This document shows, piece after piece, positions 46,664 to 57,600 of a stretch of DNA of 64,000 bases. Source of the DNA: Myxococcota bacterium (lineage in GTDB: Bacteria; Myxococcota_A; SURF-8; G963663525); contig CAXXVK010000072.1 of the NCBI GenBank assembly GCA_963676915.2, positions 64,001 to 128,000 on the forward strand, read 5' to 3'. The position numbers and the translations under genes were made by a program. The notes beneath the pieces were generated by a model, which was not told where the DNA came from, ran no database searches, and saw nothing but the letters and a program-made list of their open reading frames with translations. Every line of letters starts with the position of its first letter. The first letter of the stretch is position 1.

Positions 46664-48880
46664 TTGTTCGAAAACGGAACCATGCCGAAATATCGACAAC
46701 AAATGGGCGGGCGGTGCATTGTTCTAGCAACTTTGATTGTGGTCATCTTTTTCCGCATGGGTCTGGCTTGTGCGGCTTCGAAGGAACCACTCGAACTCCT
46801 GATAGACAAAGGGCAAACTCTCCCCGTCGCCTTCGACGAGTGGACTCTTTCGAGCTTCGAGGCCAATCCGAGAACGCTTACCTATCTTTTTACACACAAA
46901 ACCTACGGACCGTTGCGGGTGATGTTGCAGCATCGCGACGATCGAGACCGTTGTTTCGGACGAACGAAATCATTCAACATTCTGTACGAAGGTCAACCCG
47001 CCGACGACAAGCACGGCCAGGCCATCGGTGCGTTGATGGAACGGATTATCGCTCGTATCGATTCCCGTGACGATGGATCGTTGACGCTCGAACCCTTGCC
47101 TCGATTGGGCCATGATCCTCCGGGAACCAAAGCACCGGAACATGAGTTGACTATTGCCAGTCCCGATCGCACCGGGATGGCCGACGGGCGGTTGTATGTC
47201 TGGTTGGATCGCTACGAGCGGTATTTTTCCGGCATTCTCCTTTTCCTCTCGCTTTTAGGCGTGTTGTTTCTAGTGGTTCCGTTTCGACGGAAACTTGCTG
47301 CACTATCGACGAAAGAGCGCTGGATTTTATTCTTTTGGCTCTTTATGGCGGCGCTAGTTCGGGCCGTGATTCCCTCGCGGCTGGTGATGGTCTACGGCGG
47401 TTATCCGCTGATCAACCAGGCGATCTATTTTTCCGATTTGTTGCGTTATGGTGGAGGAACGCCGGTTTTTTACCATCTTTTCATGCACGTTCTTCCTTTC
47501 GAAAACGAACAGGCTTATTTGGTACTCAATACGATCATCGGTTGGGCTACGCTGCCGTTTGTCTGGCTTTGGGTGCTGCGAAAATTCCCGAAACAAAGCG
47601 GGATGGCTCTTTGGTTCGCGGTGATTCTGGCTATACATCCGATGTTGTTGAAAGATCACAACTCCGAAAGCAACCTGATTCCGACTCTTTTCTTCTTTTT
47701 CCTTGGTCTCAACCACTGGTTCGAATTTCGTTCAACGACATCCCGAAAGCATTTTATTTTCGCACTGGCTGCGTTGGGGTTGGCGGTATTGAGCCGTCCG
47801 CTGATGATGTTTCTCGTTCCGCTGACCTTGGTCATCGACGAAGTATTTTCTTCAAAAAGCTCTGCCGGAATCCCTAAAAACGCCAAGGTTCTCGGTGGCT
47901 TAGTGCTACTGGCGTTGTTGTTGCTCCCCCATGTCGGGTTTATTTACACCTGGTGGGAGATCGAACAGCGCTTCAATCTTTCGGCCGGTTTGTCCGGCTT
48001 GGGGATTGGTGTTATCGAGGTGCTCAGTCCGCGAAACTTGTATTTTCATCCCGGTTATTCTCCCTTCGTGCTGCCTTTGGCGGTGGTAGCGGCATTCGTG
48101 CTTACACCGAAGGGGAGACGTGCTCCGCTATGGCGTTTCGCCGCGCTTGCTCTGCTGTTCTATGCACCGTATTCCATTGACAAAACGCCGCCTTCGATGC
48201 CCCGGTTGCAGATTCCGGCTCTCTATTTTCTGGCGGCGCTATCGGCGGTCGGTTTGCATCTTGTCTGGCGCAAGGCTGTTGAAATCCATCGAACGCGCTT
48301 TGCGGCGTTTTCCCTGATTTTACTGGGTATTGTGGGAATGCTTTGGCCCTTTGCTACACTTTGGACAAAGGGAAACGACCAGACCGAGCACGAGGCATTG
48401 GTCGAAGTCGCCCAACGTCTGCCGCAAGGTCGAGTGACGTTGGGGGTGCTCAAGTTGGGTGATTCGCCTTACCCCTGGGGAATATACTTCGAGTATCCCG
48501 ACTATCTGTGGCGGAGTTCGTCGAGGGACGTTCGCAGGTTTGGGCTGGGCGAGCTTGTTTCGCGTGTTCGCCGGGAAACCCTCCAGAGGGAGGGCTATGT
48601 GTATCTCGGGATTCGTTGCTACGCCCTGATGCGGGAAAAACCACCAGAAGGCGTAGGAAGTCAAACGATCAGCGCCGCAAGCGACGGAATCGACGATACC
48701 TACGTACATCCCGCCTGCAAAATGGTGCGGGAAAAACTGGAGTTGCAACCCGTGTTTGAATGGAACGCTCCCAACCTGGAGCGACAGGGCGATTTCATCT
48801 GGTATCCCGACCGTGAAACGCTGCCTGTTGGACTGTATCGAGTGCTAGGGATGAAATCATCTCCAAAGTCGAAGAAATAA
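46664..48880 (+). CDS. Multi-pass membrane protein, GT-C (PMT/ArnT-like) glycosyltransferase candidate
   Basis: ~11-13 TM segments, HP...SESN loop, LAVLSRP, extracytoplasmic N- and C-terminal domains. Start uncertain. Confidence 0.55.
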   Translation: MFENGTMPKYRQQMGGRCIVLATLIVVIFFRMGLACAASKEPLELLIDKGQTLPVAFDEWTLSSFEANPRTLTYLFTHKTYGPLRVMLQHRDDRDRCFGRTKSFNILYEGQPADDKHGQAIGALMERIIARIDSRDDGSLTLEPLPRLGHDPPGTKAPEHELTIASPDRTGMADGRLYVWLDRYERYFSGILLFLSLLGVLFLVVPFRRKLAALSTKERWILFFWLFMAALVRAVIPSRLVMVYGGYPLINQAIYFSDLLRYGGGTPVFYHLFMHVLPFENEQAYLVLNTIIGWATLPFVWLWVLRKFPKQSGMALWFAVILAIHPMLLKDHNSESNLIPTLFFFFLGLNHWFEFRSTTSRKHFIFALAALGLAVLSRPLMMFLVPLTLVIDEVFSSKSSAGIPKNAKVLGGLVLLALLLLPHVGFIYTWWEIEQRFNLSAGLSGLGIGVIEVLSPRNLYFHPGYSPFVLPLAVVAAFVLTPKGRRAPLWRFAALALLFYAPYSIDKTPPSMPRLQIPALYFLAALSAVGLHLVWRKAVEIHRTRFAAFSLILLGIVGMLWPFATLWTKGNDQTEHEALVEVAQRLPQGRVTLGVLKLGDSPYPWGIYFEYPDYLWRSSSRDVRRFGLGELVSRVRRETLQREGYVYLGIRCYALMREKPPEGVGSQTISAASDGIDDTYVHPACKMVREKLELQPVFEWNAPNLERQGDFIWYPDRETLPVGLYRVLGMKSSPKSKK

Positions 48881-48888
48881 AGCCCCGA

Positions 48889-51303
48889 CTATTCGTCGTC
48901 ATCCCCGGAATCCTGAAGGTTTTTCGACAGTTCCCGTAGACGGTTATCGGCTCGCCAGTGGATCGTGTCTTTGGGCCAGTTTCCGCTTTTCAAGCGTTTA
49001 CCCGCCTTATGGTGCATGACGATTTCCAATCCCTGATCGATAGTGGAAATGGGATAAATGTGAAATTTTCCGTTTTCCACGGCTTCGACGATTTCCCGGT
49101 CAAGCATCAGGTTGATGCGGTTTTTCTCGGGGATGATAACCCCCTGTTTGCCGGTCAATCCCTGGGTTTTGCAAATGCGGTACACACCTTCGATTTTCTC
49201 GTTGACACCACCGATAGGTTGGACTTCGCCCCGTTGGTTGACCGAACCGGTGACGGCGATTCCCTGATCGATCGGCAGATCGGCAAGGGAGGAAACCAGC
49301 GCGAACAGTTCGGCACAGGAGGCGCTGTCGCCATCGATATTGCCGTACATCTGCTCGAAAACCAGCGATGCCGAGAGCGACAACGGCTTGTTGCGTGCGT
49401 ACAGACTGCCGATGATACCGATAAGAATCAACGACGCCTTGTTGTGGATGACGCCGGTCAACCGGGCTTCACGGTCGATATTGACCACACCGCCGCTTCC
49501 GGTATAGGTCTGGGCCGTGATCCGGCTTGGAATACCGAAAGCATGGTCGCCCATATCGTACAAGGCAATACCGTTGATCTGGCCGACCACATCGCCTTTG
49601 GTGTCGAGAAGTACGGTCCCTTCACGCAGGTACTCGTACATTTCGTCTTCGACTTTGCAGGCCCGATTGCGTCGCATGGCCAGAGCCTGGTCAACGTGGT
49701 TGGCATGAACCTGCGTTGCCTTGTCCATGCTTGCCCAGTAGTTGGCTTCGGAAACAATATTGATGATGTTGATGAAACGCGTGGTCAGTTTTTTCTGATG
49801 CTCACAGGTGCGCGAGGCCAGCTCGACGATTCGGGCCAGCGCGTCACGATGGAATGGCAGGAGATCGTCTTCTCTGCAAAGTCTGGTGATAAATCCCACC
49901 ATTTTCATAATATTCGCTTTATTGCGTGGCATGAATTCGTTGAATTCCGCCTTGACTTTGAACAGTCGCTGAAAATCGTCGTCCATGTGCAGCAGGAAAT
50001 AATAAGCTTCGGCATTGCCGATGAGAATCACTTTGGTGCTCAACGGAATCGGCTGCGGTTTGGGCGAAACGGTCGATCGGGCGCGGTGCTCGATGTCGAG
50101 TTCCTGGATGGTGATTTCCTTGTTACGCAGCGATTTTTTCAGAGATTCCCAGGCATAGAAACTTTTCATCAGGTCGTGGGCCTGGATGACCAAATAGCCG
50201 CCATTGGCGAGATGTAGTGCACCGGGACGGACCAGGGTGAAATCCGTGTGGAGCATTCCGTATTGTTCTGTGTATTCCGTGCAACCGATCAAGTTGTGAT
50301 ACGTCGGGGTGTTTTCGAAGACGATCGGTGCGCCTTTGAGTCCCTTGTTGTTGACGAAAACGTTGACTTTCAGCTCTTTAAACTCGGGCTTGGGAAGCAT
50401 GGGTAGAGGCATGCCCTCCGGGTTCTGTTCTTCTTCTGTTGCTCGCTGATAGGCTTGAAACGCCTCCGGTACATGTTCGCACACCTGATCGAACCAATCG
50501 GAAATTCCGTTGGTTTTGTCGTATTTTTCCTTAAGTTCGTCGAGGATTTCTCTGGCCACCTCACGGATCTGGCTGTCTTCGAGCCTGGAAACTTTTTCCA
50601 GTCGCTGTTTTTCCAATTTCCGTTGGAAACGTAGAAATTCGCCGATTTCATCCTGGAGAGAACGAACTTGTTCTTCGTATTGGGCATGTTCTTCGGGCGA
50701 AAGGGCCTCGAATTCTTCTTGGACCAGCGGTTTCCCGTCTTTCATCACCTGGATGATCAACTCACTTTGTACGAGATCCAGGAGCAACTGCTTAGCTTTT
50801 CCTGCCCGTTGCAGTTTTTTGAACGCTTTTTCCTCTTTTTTACGAAACGTTTCTTCTATTTCGTTTCCTTTTTGCAGGAAACTATCGCCTTCCTGCATTC
50901 GAGGAATGATACGTTTGAGGTCTTCGACGAAACCGGCCATATCTTTTTTGAACGCTTCGCCTTTTCCGGGGGGGAGCGCCATGGCTTTGGGGCTGCCGGG
51001 ATCTTCGAAATTGTGAACGTAGATCCAATCGGACGGCGTTGGTTCCGTTTTGGCGCGTTTGAGGATGAGATTGCGCAAGATGGAGGTTTTACCGGAGCCG
51101 GAATCTCCAAGAAGGAAAATATTGAACCCTTTCGATTTATTGGAAAGACCGAACTCGATGGCGGTTACAGCTCTGTCGTGTCCGTAGACTCCTTTGAGTT
51201 CCTGAGCCTCGTCCGTGGTGTCGAAAGGAAACATTTTCGGATCGCATACCTGTCGTAGGCTTTTGGCAGCGAGTTCTTTGGGGGCGCTCGGATTTTTCAT
51301 CAA
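48889..51303 (-). CDS. Lon-like (LonC/AAA_32) ATP-dependent protease, S16 family
   Basis: Walker A GDSGSGKT, DWIYVHNF, PGALHLANGGYL, VGQINGI, catalytic DGDSAS and IGGVNEKIEG. Confidence 0.9.
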   Translation of the reverse strand: MMKNPSAPKELAAKSLRQVCDPKMFPFDTTDEAQELKGVYGHDRAVTAIEFGLSNKSKGFNIFLLGDSGSGKTSILRNLILKRAKTEPTPSDWIYVHNFEDPGSPKAMALPPGKGEAFKKDMAGFVEDLKRIIPRMQEGDSFLQKGNEIEETFRKKEEKAFKKLQRAGKAKQLLLDLVQSELIIQVMKDGKPLVQEEFEALSPEEHAQYEEQVRSLQDEIGEFLRFQRKLEKQRLEKVSRLEDSQIREVAREILDELKEKYDKTNGISDWFDQVCEHVPEAFQAYQRATEEEQNPEGMPLPMLPKPEFKELKVNVFVNNKGLKGAPIVFENTPTYHNLIGCTEYTEQYGMLHTDFTLVRPGALHLANGGYLVIQAHDLMKSFYAWESLKKSLRNKEITIQELDIEHRARSTVSPKPQPIPLSTKVILIGNAEAYYFLLHMDDDFQRLFKVKAEFNEFMPRNKANIMKMVGFITRLCREDDLLPFHRDALARIVELASRTCEHQKKLTTRFINIINIVSEANYWASMDKATQVHANHVDQALAMRRNRACKVEDEMYEYLREGTVLLDTKGDVVGQINGIALYDMGDHAFGIPSRITAQTYTGSGGVVNIDREARLTGVIHNKASLILIGIIGSLYARNKPLSLSASLVFEQMYGNIDGDSASCAELFALVSSLADLPIDQGIAVTGSVNQRGEVQPIGGVNEKIEGVYRICKTQGLTGKQGVIIPEKNRINLMLDREIVEAVENGKFHIYPISTIDQGLEIVMHHKAGKRLKSGNWPKDTIHWRADNRLRELSKNLQDSGDDDE

Positions 51304-51344
51304 TCGTCCTCTTTTATAAATAGTAGCCGCGTACGACCTTGTTA

Positions 51345-53807
51345 TTATTTCTTTTTCTGTCGGCGCTTCTGACGTTGCTCTGCAATTTCCCGTTTCTGAC
51401 GAGCGATGGTGGCGACGGCTTGGGTAACTGCTTTGGATTTGGAAAGAGTTTTGATTTCTTTTTCACGCAACGTTCCCATGATCTGGGTAGCGATTTGTAT
51501 TGGAGTCTTGGGGTTTTGCACGAGCGCCCAGCGCGTCTGGTAGTTCCGCATTGCGGCAGCATCCTTGGCGATGGCTTGAATGACTTCCGGCTGCACGGTT
51601 TTTGACTCGGCGGCCCGTTCGATTTCGGTTCGAGTGATTCGGGGCGATTTCAGCACCGCGACGGCGACGAGTTGAAGGCGGTCTTCGACGAGAATCTTGC
51701 GGGCTTCCATGTTGCCGCGCACCGCCAGTCGGAGTTTTTGTGGAACCGACATTTCACGAATCAGCTCGCGCATGTCCTTTTTCTGCTTGATTTTGTCGTC
51801 GATGACTTCGGCGTCGGCATCCAAATCCAGGATAGAATCGAAATCATCGGTCATGAATCCAGGGAATTCCCAGTCGAGTGTGCCGTCTTCGTTACGGGTT
51901 TCAGGAACGGCCTCTTTAAGTTTTGCTGCAGCGCTGTCCGGATCTACTTCGGCTTCCCAGTCGGGGTTGTCGCGGTTTTCGAACTGTAGAACCAGTCGTT
52001 CTTCTTCTTCTTGATTGATCAGCCGTTGGCGTTTTGCGAACTCCAACACCCGGTTCAACAGACCGATGGTTGTGTTGGGGTTGTAGGGGAACAGGAAAAT
52101 CAACTGGGGTGATTTTTGCAGTCGTACCTGGTTGCGGGAGATGATGTCCAGAATCGTTTCCGAGCAGATCGTTACCAAGGCTTCGAGCGTGTGGTCCCCG
52201 ACTGCCGAGTTGAACACGATCGTTTCGATGATTCGGTCCGGATCATCCTCGCTGAACCGTGATCGGGCGATCCAGTCCAGAATCTGGATGGGAAGTTTCT
52301 GCTCGGCGATGGGCCGCATGATGGACGCGGGCATCTCGGTCAAGCTCTTGGTGGCGGCTTGTCGGACGGCCTCGTTTTCATCGTTCATCAACAAGTAGAG
52401 GGTGTAACCCATCTCATAGTTGTTCATCGGAATGAGGTTTCGGGCCAGCAGCATCTTTCGGGCGTTGTCCGCTTCGAGCTTTTTCTTGATTTTTACAGGA
52501 ATATCCAACTCGTCGATAGGGACGTACTTCGGTTTCCAAACCGCAACGCCATTTTCATCGAAGGACGGAAGGTATTCCTTGTCGTCCATGCCGCCGATTT
52601 TTTTCTCTTTCTTTTCTTCGGCGATTTCGGTGGCCTCATCCTCATCCGATGGGGTTTCATCGTCTGTTTCTTCTTCGGAATCTGTGGTTTCGTTCGTTTC
52701 GGCAGATTCCTCTTCGTCTTCTGATTCGGCTGTATCTACCGATTCGGTATCCGAAGTCATTTCCTCGTTTTCGGCTTCGGGTCCTTCTTCGGCTACGGTT
52801 TCCATTCCCTCGACCGGTCCCAAAGCAATCACGGCGGGCGCGTCGACGGGTTCTTCTGTTTTTTCAGCTTGTTCCGGTTCCTCATCCGACGTAGATTCTT
52901 CTTCGTCCTCGTCGTCCAGTCCTAGTTCCGCAGCCAGAGAAGCAAGGTCGATACCTTCTTCGTCTTCGTCGTCATCCGTTGCGGCTTCCGATTCCGGTTC
53001 TTCTTCCGGTTCATCCGTTTCGGAATCCTCTTTACCGTCGTCGTTCAAAAGATCGACGACATCATCATCGTCGTCCTGCGATTCTTCTTCGTTTTGCTCG
53101 TCGGAGGGAGGTTCTTCCTCTTTTGAAGACTCCTCATCCGTATCCAACTGGTCGAAATTATCGTCCAGCATCATCGAAAGCTGATCCAGGTCAACCGAAC
53201 CGATGTCGTCCTCATCGGAGGTTTCTTCCTCCTCTTCCTCGGTTTTCTCTGGAGTATCGAACGGTTGAGTGTCAATGGAGGCGAGTGTGTCGGTCAAATC
53301 GTCCTGAGATTCATCTTCCGACTCGTTATCCTTGTTCGGGGGGCTTTCCAATCCGGCGACTTTCATCGCCAGTTCCATGGCTTCCTCATCCGACACATCG
53401 AGCTCCGAACCATCCGCGTTATCCAGCTCGTTCAGCATCCAGTCGAGATCCAACGGGGCTTTTTCCGGTTCGGGGTCGAAGTCGTCCAGCGTATCTTCCG
53501 GGGGCGCCCATTCTTCTTCTGCCAGGTTGGCCAGTTCGGGAACGGGTTTTATGTTGGGGGAAACCGTTGCCACCGTAATTTCGCTCGATGGCATGGAGTA
53601 TTCTTCCCCGATGATTTCGTTGTTTGTTTTTGATTTTTTGGTTTTCACGGAAGAATCGTTGTCAAATTCGTCCGTTACTTCCCAATAATCTTCATCTTCG
53701 GAGGTTTCCCTGCCGTCCGATTCCCCCTGATAGTCTAATGATGCGTCGAGTTCTGAGGATTCGGGGTTCTTATTTTTTGGTTTGCGTGTTCCGTTGGTTT
53801 CGCTCAT
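51345..53807 (-). CDS. Conserved deltaproteobacterial-type helical-repeat protein with ~400-aa hyperacidic N-terminal extension
   Basis: Asp/Glu-rich low-complexity N-half. C-half has NQVRLQKSP, NPNTT, MSVPQKLRLAVRGNMEARKILV, ALVQNPKTP. Confidence 0.75.
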   Translation of the reverse strand: MSETNGTRKPKNKNPESSELDASLDYQGESDGRETSEDEDYWEVTDEFDNDSSVKTKKSKTNNEIIGEEYSMPSSEITVATVSPNIKPVPELANLAEEEWAPPEDTLDDFDPEPEKAPLDLDWMLNELDNADGSELDVSDEEAMELAMKVAGLESPPNKDNESEDESQDDLTDTLASIDTQPFDTPEKTEEEEEETSDEDDIGSVDLDQLSMMLDDNFDQLDTDEESSKEEEPPSDEQNEEESQDDDDDVVDLLNDDGKEDSETDEPEEEPESEAATDDDEDEEGIDLASLAAELGLDDEDEEESTSDEEPEQAEKTEEPVDAPAVIALGPVEGMETVAEEGPEAENEEMTSDTESVDTAESEDEEESAETNETTDSEEETDDETPSDEDEATEIAEEKKEKKIGGMDDKEYLPSFDENGVAVWKPKYVPIDELDIPVKIKKKLEADNARKMLLARNLIPMNNYEMGYTLYLLMNDENEAVRQAATKSLTEMPASIMRPIAEQKLPIQILDWIARSRFSEDDPDRIIETIVFNSAVGDHTLEALVTICSETILDIISRNQVRLQKSPQLIFLFPYNPNTTIGLLNRVLEFAKRQRLINQEEEERLVLQFENRDNPDWEAEVDPDSAAAKLKEAVPETRNEDGTLDWEFPGFMTDDFDSILDLDADAEVIDDKIKQKKDMRELIREMSVPQKLRLAVRGNMEARKILVEDRLQLVAVAVLKSPRITRTEIERAAESKTVQPEVIQAIAKDAAAMRNYQTRWALVQNPKTPIQIATQIMGTLREKEIKTLSKSKAVTQAVATIARQKREIAEQRQKRRQKKK

Positions 53808-54555
53808 GGATGATCCTCAATCCTTGTAACGTCAGATCGGCTTGGACTTCTTCGATCCTCTCGGAATGCATGGCGATCATCGGTGCAAGTCCGCCCGTGG
53901 CGATGATTTTCGGCTCGAAATCGATTTCCGCACAAAGCCGATCCACCAAACCGTCCACGAGCGCGACGTAGCCGAAAACAATTCCCGAAGCCATGGATTC
54001 GACCGTGGTTTTTCCTAAAGCACTCCGTGGCGCCTTGATGTCCGGTCGAGGTAATTTGGATGCTTTGAAGTACAAGGCTTCGGTAGAAACAACAATGCCG
54101 GGCGAAATAGCCCCGCCGAGGTATTCACCTTTCGGAGTGATGACATCGAATGTCGTGGCGGTGCCGAAATCGACGACGATCAGCCCGCAATTGTATTGGC
54201 TGAATGCTCCGACACCATTGGCCACGCGGTCGGAACCGACCTCCCTCGGGTTGTCATACAAGATAGGCATCCCGGTTTTGATGCCAGGCTCGACAAATAC
54301 CGCCTCTTGATTGAAATAGCGCTTGCACACATTTTCGATGGTGGAATTGAGCGGAGGAACGACGGAGGCGATAATCACCGACTCCACCGCCGCAGGGTCG
54401 ATATTTTCAGAATTGAAGAGCTGTTGAAACTGAACGCCGTATTCATCGGCGGTTTTGTTTGTTTTGGTCTGAACCCGCCATTGATGGGTCAGTTGGTTCT
54501 CCTCGAACAGTCCGAGACAGATGTTTGTATTTCCCATATCGATGACGAACAACAT
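53770..54555 (-). CDS. coaX: Type III pantothenate kinase
   Basis: IDMGNT, ASVVP, YDNPREVGSDR, VDFGTATTFD, GGAISPG, IATGG, LTLQGL. AAGGAG SD. Confidence 0.95.
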   Translation of the reverse strand: MLFVIDMGNTNICLGLFEENQLTHQWRVQTKTNKTADEYGVQFQQLFNSENIDPAAVESVIIASVVPPLNSTIENVCKRYFNQEAVFVEPGIKTGMPILYDNPREVGSDRVANGVGAFSQYNCGLIVVDFGTATTFDVITPKGEYLGGAISPGIVVSTEALYFKASKLPRPDIKAPRSALGKTTVESMASGIVFGYVALVDGLVDRLCAEIDFEPKIIATGGLAPMIAMHSERIEEVQADLTLQGLRIIHERNQRNTQTKK

Positions 54556-54673
54556 CGCCGCACTCCTTGATGCCATGGAATAGTATTGGCGATAACACGC
54601 TATCGGTATGGATGCAACCTAATTCTTATTGGTCCACAAGAGAAAAAGACCATTCTGACAAGGCAATACGAAC

Positions 54674-57600
54674 TTATTCGGCAACGATTACCACTCGGTT
54701 GACTGCCGGTTTGCTTACGGCTCCACTGTCATCCACGCAGCGAACCGCGATCTTGAATTCACCCTGCGGGGGCGTTTCGATCGTCAGACGGTTAAGCTGA
54801 ATGCCTTCATGCTCGGGGTCGAAGTCTTTGCCATCGTAATTGATATCCCATTGGTAGGCGGTGATGGTGTCCCTTTTTCCGGGGTCTTTGCAGATGGCTT
54901 TGAACAGGATTTTTTTCTCGGGCTTTGCCTGCACTTCCTGGGATGGGACAATGGTGACGGTCGGAGGCGCATTCCCTACAATAAACCGGCGTTTTGCGAT
55001 CTCGCTTTCGGCTTTTTGCGGGTCGCGCACTTGAACGGCAAACGTGAAATTCCCGTCGTTGGCGAATTCCCATTCCAGATAGTTCTGATTTTTCATCACT
55101 CTGTCAGGTTCGAAACGACGTCCGTCGTAATCGACATCCCAGAGATAGGTCAATTCCTCTTTACCAAAGGAAGGATCCGAAGCTTTGGTGTATATGGTGA
55201 CGGGTTGACCTTCGGTGAACGGTCCCTGCGTGGGAATTTCCAGTTTCGGGGGCAAGTTTTCGACCTTGATTTTCACCGAAACGGGTTTTCCAACGCCGCC
55301 ATCCTCGTCGTAGCCTCTCATTCCGATCGTGAAATTTCCGTTGCGCAGGGGATAGTATTCGAGTGCCGATGCCGCCGGAATGAAGAGATCCGAATGGAAG
55401 GCACGTCCATGGTAGTCGAAATCGTACTCAATCCAATAGCTATCGAGGGTTGTGGCCGGATCGAAAATCCTGTGGTAAATCGTTACAACTTCGCCTTCTT
55501 TGACGCTATACGATGTTTTTTGGAGCGAAATCTGCGGTTCGACGTTTTTGATGGTGACGAGGAACAAAACCGGCATACTGATGGAATGTTCGTCGTCCCG
55601 TATACGAGCGGCGATGGTGTAGTTTCCGTTGTCGTACCAGGTATGCGTCAAGCGGTTTTCGAACCGTTTTTCCTCATTAACGACAAAACCTTCTTCCGCA
55701 TCGTAGTCCAGATCCCATTGCATGAAGGTGTCGCCTTGAGTGTTTTCGATATCTTTGGTGATGAATTCGAAATCCATCGGTTTGCCTTCGATCCCGTATT
55801 TCGGTCCTTTGATCGAACCGTTGAGATCGATATTGATATGTTCGACCACTTCCGATTCAATTTCCGTCAGGAATTCGAGGTACCGTTTGTAAGTGTGGAC
55901 GAGCAACAGTTGGTTCCGGTGCTTGGCGGCTTCCATTAAGTGAGAAAAGATTTTCGCGAGTTGATCGCGATGAACGCCCCAAGTCATGGCTTTGGAAACC
56001 AGTTGTTTGTAGGCAAGAGTTGCTTTTTTCTGATTTTCGTTAGGTTGAATGAAGCCCAAGAGGTTGTTGAGGCTATCGGTCGCGGTACGGATCTGATTGA
56101 AATCCTTTGCGGCCAAGGCATCTTGCAGAGCCTGCACAATGGAAATCAGCGTAATGCGGTCGATACCTTCATTCAATAACAGTTCAGTTCGGTCTAAAAC
56201 ATTGAGATCTTTAGGTTTTACGTCGTGAGGGATAACGGTAAATCCTGTTTGGCGCGACACTTTCAACGAGAGCGTCTTGAGGGTCTGGTACTCTTCCGTA
56301 TCGCCAAAAGTCGTACCTGGGACATGCGCCAGCGCTGCAACTGCCAGTGAACAGGACAACAGAATCGGCAAGAACATGTTGGAGATGTTCTCCCGCTTTT
56401 TTATCCCCATGGACGACAGCACCATCAGTAACGGCAACGTGCCGACACAACCGATGAGAAACGCAAGAAAACCGGTGTTGCTGATGTGAAATTTCATCAG
56501 CACCAAAAGAAGAAGTCCTCCCGGCAACACGACCGCAAAACGGATCAATCCCAGGGCTTTGAATAAAAATGTCAGGGGTACGCGGTCCGAACGCATCCGC
56601 ATCAGCAGCCATAACACGAGCGTCAGAGCCAATAATCCTACGCCTCCATCGACCGCGATCATCAGAAATTCCGGGAAGGCTGGAAGAACCGATCGAATCA
56701 CCGGGCGCAAAACAGGGATGGTCAACGTTGCGGGAGCCAGTCCCCAGCCGAAAGCCACGCCATCGGACAACGAAGCGACCAAGCCTTGAAACAAAAGACC
56801 GACAAATGTGATAAATCTCAGAAAATCATTGAAAAAAGGTCGTTTCTGGTACACAAGTTCCAGAATGGATTTCCAATAGATATCCGGCGAAACCAGCAAT
56901 GTGTGAATCAACTCAATGGCGATTCCCCCGGAGGTGTTCTTTTTCACCGTTGGAAAATCGGGGTCGACCGGGATCTTGCGCAAGCGTATTTTTTCCGTCG
57001 CCAGTCGAAGCCTCGGCGATTTGGAATTTTCATCGAAAACATTTTCTGTTTTCGGATCGTTTTTCTTTTTCTTTTGGTTTTCCAATGTGCGTGAAGAATA
57101 GGCATCCACGCTTTCGGGAATATCGTCGAAGAGGCTGAAAATATCGACTTTTCCGGATTGCGACTGATTGTTTGGATCGGTTTTGGGATCTTTCGGCGTT
57201 TTCTTTCCGATGACGGGCGCAACCTCCAAAGCATCCCCAATCCCGGAGTCACTTGGAGAGCTTGGAGTAAGGTTGCTGTTGAATTCTGTACTTTTCTCTG
57301 CATGAGAAAGAAAGTTCGGATCGTCTTTACCTTCAGAAGCTACGGATTCTTCGCTGTCTGGATCGAACGTGTCTTCTTCTTTGTACAGGGCACTGACGTT
57401 GATTCCGGCGGATTCGGATGGCGAGGAAGAAGAGCCTTTTCTTCGTAAGATAGGGTCCGTTTGGGATTCTGTCGCCTGGGCGGAATCGCCATGGAAATCA
57501 GCCTGATCCGTCGGGGGGGAAGACGCTCCGGCGAAATCGAAAGCCGGAACGTCTTTGGTTCCCAGCATCCCGGTTTCGATTTTTTGCAATGCGCCTCGGG

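Noticed and set aside
53770-53807. coaX overlap with the next gene as another frameshift
   Set aside because: CoaX is complete through LTLQGL with a short tail, and the downstream ATG has a GAGG SD, so a genuine overlap is sufficient.
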